Sequence record: PP777464.1
Length of the DNA: 64,000 bases
Reading direction: 5' to 3' (one strand)
Position 1 is the first letter of the stretch; each line of letters opens with the position of its first letter. Of the stretch, positions 1 to 10,122 are shown in pieces. The notes under the pieces are model-generated. The model saw only the letters and a list, made by a program, of their open reading frames with translations, did not search any database and had not been told where the DNA came from. A program made the translations under genes and the position numbers.

Positions 1-3000
1 CAATGTACCACCTACTGTTGTGTTACCACCAAAGGAAGCTGCACCATCAGAGTGAATAGTTTCAGATACTGACAAACTCTTAGCTGTAATATCAGAAGTT
101 GTTAGGTCTAAACCACCTGCTGGGGTGAATACACCTTCAACAGTTACGTCATTGTCAAATGTAGCTGCACCAGTTACACCTAATGTTGAACTAAATGTAC
201 CAGTACTACCAGATACAGCACCGGAAACCAATGAACCAACAGTTGTTACACCAGTAATATTCGCAATACCTGTTACACTCAATGGTCCAGAAGTTAATGA
301 ACCAGTTACACCCAAATTACCACCAACGGTTGCGTTGTTAGTAACATCCAAACTACCAGCATTCACTGTACCCGATGCAGTAACATTAGTAGTACTTACA
401 CCACCACTTAGTGTGCTTAGTCCAGTTGCAGTGATTGTTGAAGCAGTTGCAAGACTATTAGCAGAAATATCTGCACCAGTTAGGTCGATACCACCTTGTG
501 GAACCAATTCACCTTCAACTGTTAGTTTTTGAACAGTACTATCACCAGATACATTCAAAGATGCAGCACTTAGTGCAGCTACTGTACTTTGACCAGTTAC
601 ATTTAAGGTAGTGTTTACAGTAGTGTTGTTTAAAGTTGTATCACCGGATACTAATATAGCGTCGGTATTAATACCACCTGCAACTACTTGAATACCACCA
701 GTGCTTACAGTTACTTTCTTACCGATATTTACGATATCAGTTAGGGTAGTTGCACCAGTTACTGCCGCAGTACCTGCAACTGAAAGGTTACCAGATACAG
801 ATGGGCTGCCAGTTACAACACCAGTTGTTAGTACTAGGTTACCACCAACGGTAGTATTACCAGAACTAGCAAGGGTAATTGCTGAAACATTGGAAGAACT
901 TAAATCAATTGAACCATTAACAACTAGGTCACCACCAATTGTAGCACCTTCAGTAGTACTTAGGGATTTGGAACTAATATCGGTAGTACTTAGGTCAATT
1001 GCACCAGGGGTCAATGTCCCAGATACGGTCAGATCACCAGTAATAGCTGCACTTTTCGCAATTGCAATAGTATCATTGGTAGAAGTAATATTATTAACAC
1101 TTAATATACCATTAATGTTTGCATCATTGTCAACACGTAAACCTTCACCAACTGAATTTAATACAATACTTGTAGCTGTTACTTCAGTAGCAGATACTTG
1201 TTTTAGTGTACTTGAACCAGTTGTTTCAATAGTAGCTGCATGGACAGCACCAATAGTTGCATCAGTAGTAATTAGTTTTGGTAGAGTGCTAGAATTCACT
1301 GTATCCGAAACTGTAATAACACCAGCACTTGTAATTGTCTCTGCACTTGCAAGAGATTTCACAGACACATCAGCAGCACTTAGGTCAACAGTACCTGCTA
1401 CCACAAGATCGCCACCAATTGTAGCACCTTCAGTTGTGGTTAGAGACTTAGAACTAATATCAGTAGTACTTAGGTCAATTGCACCAGGGGTCAATGTCCC
1501 AGATACGTCCAAATTACCAGTGATTGTAGTGTTATTGTTAATTGCTACACCATCAGCATTGCTGATTGACGCAGTTTCAACAGATGCACCTTTTAATACA
1601 CCAGTAGCGGTAATGTTAGTTGCAGAAGTAATAGCACCAGAAGCGTTAACACCAGCTAGAGTTGATGTACCAGTTACATTTAGTGTGGTTGCATTTGCAG
1701 TGGTTGCAGTCACTGTGGTAATATTAGCTTCAGTACTGGAAAGTTTAGGTAGAACACTACTTACTGTACCTTCAGAACTAATAACTGCACCAGTACTGGT
1801 TAGAGATTTAACAGCAACGTCAGCAGCACTTAGATCAACTGTACCTGCAACAACTAGGTCACCACCAATGTTAGCACCTTCAGTAGTTGTTAGAGACTTA
1901 GCATCAATATCAGTAGTACTTAGGTCAATTGCACCAGGAGTAACAGTTCCAGTCACAGATAGATTACCTGCAATTGAAGTGTTGTTTGTTATTGACACAC
2001 CAGCAGTGTTGCTAATGATTGCAGTTTCAACAGAAGATGCCTTTAGAGCACCAGTTTCAACGCTACCAGATTTAGAAAGACCAGTTACTACAGATGATGC
2101 ACCAGAAATTTCACCAGTTGCTGTAATAGTAGAGCCAGAAATTGCAGTACCTGCAATTGCACCAGTACTATTGATTGAAGTTGCTGTAACACCAGCAAGA
2201 GTTGATTCACCAGCAACAGATAGAGTTGTTGTAACATCAACTTTGTTTGGTGCAATATCAAGACCGTCAACGTCAGCGATTGCAGTTACACCAGTTGAAG
2301 TTCCAGTTACTACCAAGTCTTTAACAGTGATTGTTTGACCAGTTACGGTTACATCACCACTGAAAGTGCCAGCTACCGCAGATAAATCGCCACTAAAGGT
2401 TGCGTTATCACCGCTAACATCCCCAGTAAAGGTTGCACTTGTACCGGATACGCTACCACTGAAGATACCTTTAGAACCACTAACATCACCACTGAAAGTA
2501 CCAGAGGCAGCAGATAATGCACCAGTAACAGTTGCAGTACCACCAACTTGTAGAGATGAACCTACAGTAGTTTGACCAACTGATTCAAGAGTTTGACCTT
2601 TGATCGCTTCAGCAGCAACTACTGATTTAGGAGTTAGATCTTGTCCACTCACATCAACAGTTAGGCCAGTTACAGTACCTGTAAATTCAACATCATTAAG
2701 AATTGCTTTACCACCAACTTGAAGTTGTGGAGTAGCAGGGTTTTGTGTTGCGTTACCAGTAATTGTTAGATAATCTAATTTGTTTAGACCATTACCAGTA
2801 ATACCATAGGTAGATAGTGCAGCAGAACCGAAGGTTGCAGTTTGTAGAACGTTCAACTTAGCAGGAGACATTAGTTCAGATTGAACTTCGTTTGCTAACA
2901 AGACTGTTGGACGTGCACTAGGTGCAGTATATGCAAAACCTAGCTTAACGTTAGCATCAGCGGTATTTTGACCCAAATTGATTGCTTTGAATGTTGCAGT

Positions 3001-4005
3001 ACTTGCTAGACCAGTGATGTTTGCACCCAATGTAACTGCACCAGTTAGTGCTGAAGCACCGGATACTGATAATGTTGTTGCTTGGATATCATCTAAATCA
3101 AAACTACCACCAATAGTACCAGATACGTTGATGTTGTTAAAGTTTGCAGTACCAGAACTTTCGATATTAGGAATAGTTGCTACACCAGTTACTTCTAAAT
3201 CAACAACTTTAGTTTTACCTTTAGTTACTTCAAGTAAAGGAGTGGTTGGTGATTGAATTGCGTTACCAGAAATAGTTACATAATCTAATTTGTTTAAACC
3301 ATTACCTGTAATACCGTAAGTTGAAAGTGAAGAATCACCAAATGTTGCAGTTTGTAGAACATTCAACTTAGCTGGTGACATTAGTTCGGATTGAACTTCG
3401 TTCTGTAGAAGAACGGTTGGTCGTTGTCCTGGAACGGTGTAACCAAAGTTTAGTCTATATGCTTGACCTGCTTCATTAGGCCCGATACGAATATCACGGA
3501 AGTTTGCAGTACTTGCAAGACCAGTGATATTTGCACCCAATGTGACTGAACCAGTTAGTGCTGAAGCACCAGACACATTAAGTGTTGTAGCATTAATATC
3601 AGAAAGATTAAAAGTACCACCAAGTGTACCAGAAATGTTTACATCTTTAAAAGTTGCTGTGCCAGTTGAAGTAATATCAGTTGATTCAACAGAATCAAAT
3701 GATCCTGAATTAGCTTCTAAGTTATCAAATTTTGCAGTTGTGCCGACAGCAGCAGTAATGTTTCCTGCAAATGTCGCAGCACCTGAAACATCAGCACCAC
3801 CGGATAAGGTTGCCTTACCAGCAACATCCAATGCACCTGTGACATTCACAGAACCAGCGGTAATTGCAGTGAATACTGCGTTAGCAAAAGACACTTCCCC
3901 ATTAACCGTTAGGTCATTACTGAATACTGCATTACCTTTGACCAAAAGATCCTTACCTACCGTGGAATTACCAGATACATCAAGATCCGTTTTAATCGAG
4001 TACAT
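1..4005 (-). CDS. Giant Thr/Gly/Ser/Val-rich beta-fibre structural protein, paralogue A (3' end beyond window; >1335 aa)
   Basis: Absent from the ORF track because it has no stop in the window. ATG at 4005-4003 with SD AGGAGG. Translation starts MYSIKTDLDVSGNSTVGKDLLVKGNAVF, nearly identical to the 4155-9089 protein. The long + strand ORFs here are its shadow. Confidence 0.9.
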   Translation of the reverse strand, partial: MYSIKTDLDVSGNSTVGKDLLVKGNAVFSNDLTVNGEVSFANAVFTAITAGSVNVTGALDVAGKATLSGGADVSGAATFAGNITAAVGTTAKFDNLEANSGSFDSVESTDITSTGTATFKDVNISGTLGGTFNLSDINATTLNVSGASALTGSVTLGANITGLASTANFRDIRIGPNEAGQAYRLNFGYTVPGQRPTVLLQNEVQSELMSPAKLNVLQTATFGDSSLSTYGITGNGLNKLDYVTISGNAIQSPTTPLLEVTKGKTKVVDLEVTGVATIPNIESSGTANFNNINVSGTIGGSFDLDDIQATTLSVSGASALTGAVTLGANITGLASTATFKAINLGQNTADANVKLGFAYTAPSARPTVLLANEVQSELMSPAKLNVLQTATFGSAALSTYGITGNGLNKLDYLTITGNATQNPATPQLQVGGKAILNDVEFTGTVTGLTVDVSGQDLTPKSVVAAEAIKGQTLESVGQTTVGSSLQVGGTATVTGALSAASGTFSGDVSGSKGIFSGSVSGTSATFTGDVSGDNATFSGDLSAVAGTFSGDVTVTGQTITVKDLVVTGTSTGVTAIADVDGLDIAPNKVDVTTTLSVAGESTLAGVTATSINSTGAIAGTAISGSTITATGEISGASSVVTGLSKSGSVETGALKASSVETAIISNTAGVSITNNTSIAGNLSVTGTVTPGAIDLSTTDIDAKSLTTTEGANIGGDLVVAGTVDLSAADVAVKSLTSTGAVISSEGTVSSVLPKLSSTEANITTVTATTANATTLNVTGTSTLAGVNASGAITSATNITATGVLKGASVETASISNADGVAINNNTTITGNLDVSGTLTPGAIDLSTTDISSKSLTTTEGATIGGDLVVAGTVDLSAADVSVKSLASAETITSAGVITVSDTVNSSTLPKLITTDATIGAVHAATIETTGSSTLKQVSATEVTATSIVLNSVGEGLRVDNDANINGILSVNNITSTNDTIAIAKSAAITGDLTVSGTLTPGAIDLSTTDISSKSLSTTEGATIGGDLVVNGSIDLSSSNVSAITLASSGNTTVGGNLVLTTGVVTGSPSVSGNLSVAGTAAVTGATTLTDIVNIGKKVTVSTGGIQVVAGGINTDAILVSGDTTLNNTTVNTTLNVTGQSTVAALSAASLNVSGDSTVQKLTVEGELVPQGGIDLTGADISANSLATASTITATGLSTLSGGVSTTNVTASGTVNAGSLDVTNNATVGGNLGVTGSLTSGPLSVTGIANITGVTTVGSLVSGAVSGSTGTFSSTLGVTGAATFDNDVTVEGVFTPAGGLDLTTSDITAKSLSVSETIHSDGAASFGGNTTVGGTL

Positions 4006-4066
4006 AGAGTCCCCTCCTATAACGATGAACTATATATTCATAACCCATCTTTTGTTAATATACTTA

Positions 4067-4074
4067 TATTTAGT
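4067..4074 (-). promoter_or_regulatory. T4-like late promoter (ACTAAATA) for fibre paralogue A
   Basis: nnTAAATA motif ~60 nt upstream of the ATG. The surrounding ~24 nt nearly match the region upstream of paralogue B (9134-9157). Confidence 0.6.
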
Positions 4075-4104
4075 TTAATTCACAAAAACACTATTATCTA
4101 ATAC

Positions 4105-4136
4105 AAAAGAAAAAGCCAACTATTTTAGTTGGCTTT
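4105..4136 (-). terminator. Rho-independent terminator after fibre paralogue B
   Basis: 11-bp inverted repeat AAAGCCAACTA-ttt-TAGTTGGCTTT with a T-run on the minus strand. Confidence 0.85.
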
Positions 4137-4154
4137 AATTATTAATTTAAAATG

Positions 4155-7100
4155 TTATACACGTTGTGCAACGAAGGTATCAAACACAGTACTGAAACCA
4201 TCATAGATTACTTGGATAATACTTGTTTGACCAACTACAGCACTTACTGTACCAGAAACTACAGAGTATGCACCACCGAAGGTGAAAGTAGTATCAGCAA
4301 CAGATGGAGTTACATAGATATACACTGAACATGCTTGACCACTACCAATTAGACCCGCGATGGAATCCATTGTAACACTTTGGTCAAGAGTTAAGCGATA
4401 TACGTTAGTAGTACCATCTGGTGTCCAAGTACCACCTACAGCAGCAGTAGAAGCAGTAACACTAGCAGGGATAACAGAATATTTCTTAGTTACCATGTTG
4501 TTTGTAGTGAAGTTTGCAGTGGTTGTGTTAATAGAACCAGTCACTGTTAGGTTCTTATCAAATGTTGCGTTCTCTTTAAATGTAGATGTTGCATTTACAG
4601 TTAAAGTATCAGCAGCAGCATCACCAATCACAGTGTTACCATTTGCAGTTAATGTACCACCTACAGTTAGAGCACCAGTTACAGATGCACTTGCAAGGGT
4701 AGCTAAACCTGATGTTGTAATTGTAGAAACGGTTGTTGCACCGAATCCAGCAGTACCAGTTGCAGAGATATTACCACCTACTGTTAGGTCACCAGCAGTG
4801 ATACCAACAGTACCAGTGATGTTTGCACCACTTGACATAGTTACTGCACCACCAAATGAACCAGTAGTGGTGACTTCTAACGAATTACCTTTTAGTAAGC
4901 CTGATGCAGTGATGGATGTTCCAGCAGTGATTGAAGTACCAGCCGCAACGTTGTTAGTTGCAGTCAAAGACTTAACAGCTACATCGGAATCTGCTTGGTT
5001 CAATTGTGCATTTAGTACACCAGTAACGGTGAAGTCACCATTAGTTACTACGTTACCATTAACAGTTAGGTTGTTGTTTTGTGAACCAACATCACCAATT
5101 GTTGCAGCTTTAGAAACGATGGTTGCACCAGAAGTAATGTTACCAACAGCAGATAGTGTTGCAGCAGCTTCAATTGCATATGGTTCTAGTGTTTGACCAC
5201 TTACGTCGATTTCAGCGTTAATACCGCCGATTACACGCAATTTACCAGCAATATAAGTATCTGGAATGATCTGTACAGTTTCAGGTTGTTCACCAACTGG
5301 AGTACCAACAGTTAGGGTTGTACCAGTTTTCACTGCACCAGTAGCTGTTAGTGAAGATACAGTAGTAGCACCAGTAACATCTAGAGTTCCAGTTACACCC
5401 AAATTGCCACCAACTGATGCGTTTGCAGTAGAAGTTAAACTTCCAACAGTTGCTAGACCAGATGCAGTCACAGTAGAAGTACTAACACCACCACTTAGAG
5501 TACTTAGGCCAGTTGCATTGATAGTTGTTGCAGTAGTTAGACTATTAGCAGTAATGTCTGCACCGCTTAGGTCAAGACCACCTTGTGGGATTAATTCACC
5601 TTGGACAGTTAGTTTCTGAACAGTACTGTCACCAGAAACTGTTAGTGATGTCGCAGATACACCTGCTAGAGTAGAAGCACCAGTTACACCTAAAGTTCCA
5701 GTAATGGAAGTTCCTGCTAGAGTAGAAGCACCAGAAACGTTAATTGTGTTAGTATTGATACCACCATCAACTACCTGAATACCACCAGTACTCACTGTTA
5801 CTTTCTTACCGATATTAACAATATCAGTTAGGTTAACAGCACCAGTTACACCAAGAGTTCCACCGATTGTTGTATTACCAGAGATAGCTGGGCTACCAGT
5901 CACAACACCAGTTGTTAGTACTAGATCAGTTCCAACAGTAGTAGAACCAGTACTTGCTAGACTTGCAGCTACAAGGTTAGTTGCACTTAAGTCGAATGCA
6001 CCATCAACAGTTAGGTTACCAGCAATGTGTGCGTTACCTAGTGAATCAAGAGATTTAACGGTTACATCAGTATTGCTTAGGTCGATTGAACCAGCAGTTA
6101 GTGTACCAGATACAGCTAAATCACCAGTGATTGCAGTATTTTTTGCAATATTAAGAGAAGCAGCAGTTGTTGTTAAAGAACCAACAGTTGCAATGCCACC
6201 AACAGATAATGCACCACCAACGTTTGCATCATTATCAACTTGAAGACCAATGCCACCACCAGAAAATTCAGCACTAGTAGCAGTTACTTGAGTAGCTGAT
6301 ACACTTTGTAGTACACTGTTGCCAGTTGCATTAATAGTACCTGCATTTACTGTAAAGAGTGTTGCATCAGTTGAAGTAATTTTAGGTAACGAACTAGTAT
6401 TGGTTGAATCGGTAACGGTAATAACACCAGCACTTGTAATTGTCTCTGCACTTGCAAGAGATTTCACAGACACATCAGCAGCACTTAGGTCAAAAGTACC
6501 ATCAACTACTAAGTTTCCACCAACATTAACATCAGCAGTAGTAGTTAGTGAGTTTGCAGTAATATCAACAGTTGTTAGATCAAGACCACCTTCAGGTTTG
6601 AATACACCAGTGACAGTTAGATCTTTTGCCGCGACAACATTACTTGCTAGATTTAGTGTACCAGCACCAGCAGCTTCAGCTTGTAAAGTTGGAACTGTTA
6701 CAGAAGTTGTGATTGTTGCAGTACCAGAAGACAAACGCGAACCAGATACTACACCAGTACTAGTTAGTGTTCCTACTTTCGCTGCACCAGTAGTAGTTAG
6801 TGTGCCACCTGAAACGTCACCAGTTGCGGCAACAGAAGATGCATTAATTACACCAAATGTACTTGGGTTAGTTGCACTAACTGATTTTGTTACTACATCA
6901 GCAGCAGACAAATCAATAGCACCAGTTACTGCAAGAGAACCACCAACAGTTACGTTACCAGTAGTTGTTAAAGAAGCAGCACTTACATCAGTAGTGCTTA
7001 AATCTATACTACTCGGAGTTAGTGTTCCAGTAATAGTTACGTTATTAGCAAAAGTAGTGTCACCAGTAATACTTGGAACAGTTAGTGAAGCCATAGAACC

Positions 7101-9089
7101 AGCACCAGTTACTGCAAGAGAACCACCAGATAGTGCACCAGCCGCAGTTACTGTATTACCAGATACAGACGCACCAGTAATATCACCAGTACTGGTTACT
7201 GAACTAGCAGTTAGGCCAGCTAAAGTAGTGTCCCCAGCAACAGATAGTGTTGTTGTAACATCAACTTTATTTGGGGCGATATCAAGACCATCAACATCAG
7301 CTTGGGCAGTTACACCAGTAGTTGTACCAGTTACTACTAAATCACGTACAGTTACAGTTTGACCAGTAACGCTAACATCACCACTGAAAGTACCTTTAGC
7401 AGCACTTACATCACCAGTGAAGGTAGCAGCAGTACCAGTTAGTGCACCAACAACATTAGCAGTACCACCAACTTGTAGGTTAGTTCCTACGGTGGTTTGA
7501 CCAACTGATTCAAGGGTTTGACCTTTGATTGCTTCAGCAGCATCTACTGATTTAGGAGTTAGATCTTGTCCACTCACATCAACAGTTAGACCAGTTACAG
7601 TACCAGTGAATTCAACATCATTTAGTACTGATTTACCAGCAACTTGTAGTTGTGGGGTAGCTGGACTTTGTGTACCATTACCAGTAATAGATAGATAATC
7701 TAGTTTGTTTAGACCGTTACCTGTGATACCATAGGTTGCAAGAGATGCATCACCAAAGGTTGCAGTTTTTTGTACATTAAGTACTGCTGGAGATACTAGC
7801 TCAGACTGAATTTCATTTTGTAGAATTACAGTTGGACGAGCACCAGGGGCAGAATAAGCAAAACCATACTTAACGTTAGCATCGGCGGCGTTTTGTCCTA
7901 AACTTACTGCTTTAAAATTAGCAGTACTATTAGCACCGGAAATATCAGCACCTAAAGTTACACCACCAACAAGGCTAGTTAAACCGGATACAGTTAGTGT
8001 GTTTGCTTCAATATCATCAAGACTGAAAGTACCACCGAGTGTACCAGATACGTTGATGTTATTAAAATTAGCAGTACCAGTACTTTCAATGTTAGGAATA
8101 GTTGCAGTTCCTGTTACTTCGAAATCATGAACTTTAGTTTTACCTGAAGTTACTTGTAATAGTGGAGTTGTTGGATCTTGAACAGAGTTACCAGATACTG
8201 TTAGGTAATCTAGTTTGTTTAGACCATTACCAGTAATACCAAAAGTGGATAATGACGAATCACCAAAAGATGCAGTTTTCAATACACTTAGGGTAGCTGG
8301 AGACATCAATTCTGATTGGATTTCGTTCTGTAGAATTACAGTTGGACGAAGACTTGGAGCAGAATAGTTAAAGCTCAAACGGTAGTTAGTGTTTGCAGCA
8401 TTGGAACCAATTTTAATATCACGGAAGTTTGCACTACTATTCACACCAGTAATGTTGGAACCTAATGTAACACCACCTTGTAGACTGGTTAAACCAGAAA
8501 CAGTTAGAGTTGTTGCATTAACATCAGATAGACTAAATGTTCCACCTAGTGTACCGGAAATATTCACATCTTTAAAGTTTGCAGTTCCAGTTGATGTGAT
8601 ATCAGTAGTTGCAGTGTTTGTGAATGTTGCATCAGTTGCAGTTATTTTGTCAAATGCTGCGGTAGTGCCAGTTTCAGCAGTAATATTACCTTTAAATGAA
8701 GAAGTTCCAAGAACATCCATTGATGCCACTTGGGTATCTTTTAGTACAGCAGTGCCAGCGGTTTGTGTTAGGTTACCTGCCATTGATACTGGGCTTTGGA
8801 ATTGTGCATTAGAATTAATTGTTGCAGTATCAGAACCAACAGGCAAATTACCAATTACGGAATTACCATGAACTTCAATTCCACCATTCAATGATGCTTT
8901 ACCAGCAACATCTAGTGTAGATGAAATGTCTACAGTTCCTGCTTCAATTGCAGTGAATACAGCGTCAGCAAAAGTTACAGTTCCATTAACTGTTAGATTT
9001 TTATTGAATACTGCATCGCCTTTCACAAGAAGATCTTTACCAACCGTTGCACCACCAGTTATATCGAGATCTGTTTTAATCGAGTACAT
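4155..9089 (-). CDS. Giant beta-fibre structural protein, paralogue B (1644 aa; long fibre or hair candidate)
   Basis: Intact ORF with SD GGAGG. Repetitive GxLxVxG/DLSxxDV beta-strand motifs, a tandem ~170-aa duplication (GNGLNKLDY twice) and a distinct ~110-aa C-terminal domain. Confidence 0.85.
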   Translation of the reverse strand: MYSIKTDLDITGGATVGKDLLVKGDAVFNKNLTVNGTVTFADAVFTAIEAGTVDISSTLDVAGKASLNGGIEVHGNSVIGNLPVGSDTATINSNAQFQSPVSMAGNLTQTAGTAVLKDTQVASMDVLGTSSFKGNITAETGTTAAFDKITATDATFTNTATTDITSTGTANFKDVNISGTLGGTFSLSDVNATTLTVSGLTSLQGGVTLGSNITGVNSSANFRDIKIGSNAANTNYRLSFNYSAPSLRPTVILQNEIQSELMSPATLSVLKTASFGDSSLSTFGITGNGLNKLDYLTVSGNSVQDPTTPLLQVTSGKTKVHDFEVTGTATIPNIESTGTANFNNINVSGTLGGTFSLDDIEANTLTVSGLTSLVGGVTLGADISGANSTANFKAVSLGQNAADANVKYGFAYSAPGARPTVILQNEIQSELVSPAVLNVQKTATFGDASLATYGITGNGLNKLDYLSITGNGTQSPATPQLQVAGKSVLNDVEFTGTVTGLTVDVSGQDLTPKSVDAAEAIKGQTLESVGQTTVGTNLQVGGTANVVGALTGTAATFTGDVSAAKGTFSGDVSVTGQTVTVRDLVVTGTTTGVTAQADVDGLDIAPNKVDVTTTLSVAGDTTLAGLTASSVTSTGDITGASVSGNTVTAAGALSGGSLAVTGAGSMASLTVPSITGDTTFANNVTITGTLTPSSIDLSTTDVSAASLTTTGNVTVGGSLAVTGAIDLSAADVVTKSVSATNPSTFGVINASSVAATGDVSGGTLTTTGAAKVGTLTSTGVVSGSRLSSGTATITTSVTVPTLQAEAAGAGTLNLASNVVAAKDLTVTGVFKPEGGLDLTTVDITANSLTTTADVNVGGNLVVDGTFDLSAADVSVKSLASAETITSAGVITVTDSTNTSSLPKITSTDATLFTVNAGTINATGNSVLQSVSATQVTATSAEFSGGGIGLQVDNDANVGGALSVGGIATVGSLTTTAASLNIAKNTAITGDLAVSGTLTAGSIDLSNTDVTVKSLDSLGNAHIAGNLTVDGAFDLSATNLVAASLASTGSTTVGTDLVLTTGVVTGSPAISGNTTIGGTLGVTGAVNLTDIVNIGKKVTVSTGGIQVVDGGINTNTINVSGASTLAGTSITGTLGVTGASTLAGVSATSLTVSGDSTVQKLTVQGELIPQGGLDLSGADITANSLTTATTINATGLSTLSGGVSTSTVTASGLATVGSLTSTANASVGGNLGVTGTLDVTGATTVSSLTATGAVKTGTTLTVGTPVGEQPETVQIIPDTYIAGKLRVIGGINAEIDVSGQTLEPYAIEAAATLSAVGNITSGATIVSKAATIGDVGSQNNNLTVNGNVVTNGDFTVTGVLNAQLNQADSDVAVKSLTATNNVAAGTSITAGTSITASGLLKGNSLEVTTTGSFGGAVTMSSGANITGTVGITAGDLTVGGNISATGTAGFGATTVSTITTSGLATLASASVTGALTVGGTLTANGNTVIGDAAADTLTVNATSTFKENATFDKNLTVTGSINTTTANFTTNNMVTKKYSVIPASVTASTAAVGGTWTPDGTTNVYRLTLDQSVTMDSIAGLIGSGQACSVYIYVTPSVADTTFTFGGAYSVVSGTVSAVVGQTSIIQVIYDGFSTVFDTFVAQRV

Positions 9090-9148
9090 TTAGTTCCCTC
9101 CAAATAGGCAAAAAGCATAAAATACATTTGACCTTGTTAATATACATA

Positions 9149-9156
9149 TATTTAGT
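9149..9156 (-). promoter_or_regulatory. T4-like late promoter (ACTAAATA) for fibre paralogue B
   Basis: Same motif and context as 4067-4074. Confidence 0.6.
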
Positions 9157-9165
9157 TGTTGATAT

Positions 9166-9198
9166 AAAAAATCCAGACTCGATGAATCATAGTCTGGA
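9166..9198 (-). terminator. Rho-independent terminator
   Basis: TCCAGACT...AGTCTGGA stem followed by a T-run on the minus strand. Confidence 0.7.
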
Positions 9199-9208
9199 CT
9201 ATTTTTTT

Positions 9209-10108
9209 TTATTTGCCGGAAATTACTATTTTACCACTAAACGCTTCGTCAGAAGTGAATGTAACATTACCACTTGCATCAATTTGAGTTTCGGTTATTA
9301 CCAGTTCAAATGGTGATGCTGCTGTGCTACCTGGAGTTTTATTTGAATAAATTGAAATATACAAATTATCAGGTGTTTGGTTATGTTCAGACGCTGGGAT
9401 AGTAATGGTGTATTCATCACTAGATACTACCCAATCCGCTTGGTTAATTAATTTACTATAAGGTACTGTCATTGTTGTTGCTCCTATGATGTTGACTTTG
9501 ACACTTGTGTAATCAGTGATTTGACCAATAACATCAATCGTAATGTCACCAATACCACTCACAGTGACGTTAGTTTGGAATACAGTGTCAAGTGGGATGT
9601 TACCAGGATCACCCTGTAGCTGAACCATAATATCTGGTCCACGACCATGTACTGATTCAGGTAAAGAATAAGTATATTGATCTGTTGTTCCAGGAACTAA
9701 TGTAAATGCCGATACAGGAACGATTTCAGTAGTAACGTAAGAACTATCAGTACCTGGAGTTGTGCTTTGGAGAGGCTTCCAAACACCAAGGTCTTTAATA
9801 TAGATCTGAATAATATTAGTACTGTCAACTAAGAAGTAAGCGTCACCATCTACACCGATTGATTCAGATGGTGCAATAGTTCCACGTAAAATACCTGAAC
9901 CGCCACCACCACCGCTATGTGTATTCAAATAACCCAATGTAACCAAGTGTGTATTTGCGGTTGGGTCACCTGCTGAAACAGGAAGAAGTTGTGTACCCGT
10001 GTAGTTCTGGATTTGAACAACATTACCATTAGTGGCAATTTGTGCACCATTTTTACCAAGTATGAAGGTCTTCTTCATGGTTCCTTCTAAATTAGAAAAA
10101 ACTGCCAT
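9209..10108 (-). CDS. Virion structural or adaptor protein sharing its N-terminal module with the neighbouring depolymerase
   Basis: Starts MAVFSNLEGTM like 10123-12264, and the similarity extends ~110 aa. The C-terminal half is a twofold beta-rich repeat. Confidence 0.7.
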   Translation of the reverse strand: MAVFSNLEGTMKKTFILGKNGAQIATNGNVVQIQNYTGTQLLPVSAGDPTANTHLVTLGYLNTHSGGGGGSGILRGTIAPSESIGVDGDAYFLVDSTNIIQIYIKDLGVWKPLQSTTPGTDSSYVTTEIVPVSAFTLVPGTTDQYTYSLPESVHGRGPDIMVQLQGDPGNIPLDTVFQTNVTVSGIGDITIDVIGQITDYTSVKVNIIGATTMTVPYSKLINQADWVVSSDEYTITIPASEHNQTPDNLYISIYSNKTPGSTAASPFELVITETQIDASGNVTFTSDEAFSGKIVISGK

Positions 10109-10122
10109 TTTTATAATCTCCT

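Noticed and set aside
125-8871. Long + strand ORFs (e.g. 701-2338, 4360-5196, 6319-7362) suggesting overlapping antisense genes
   Set aside because: They are shadows of the low-complexity Thr/Val/Gly/Ala fibre genes on the minus strand. They have no SD or promoter, and their V/P/T/A composition mirrors the codon bias.
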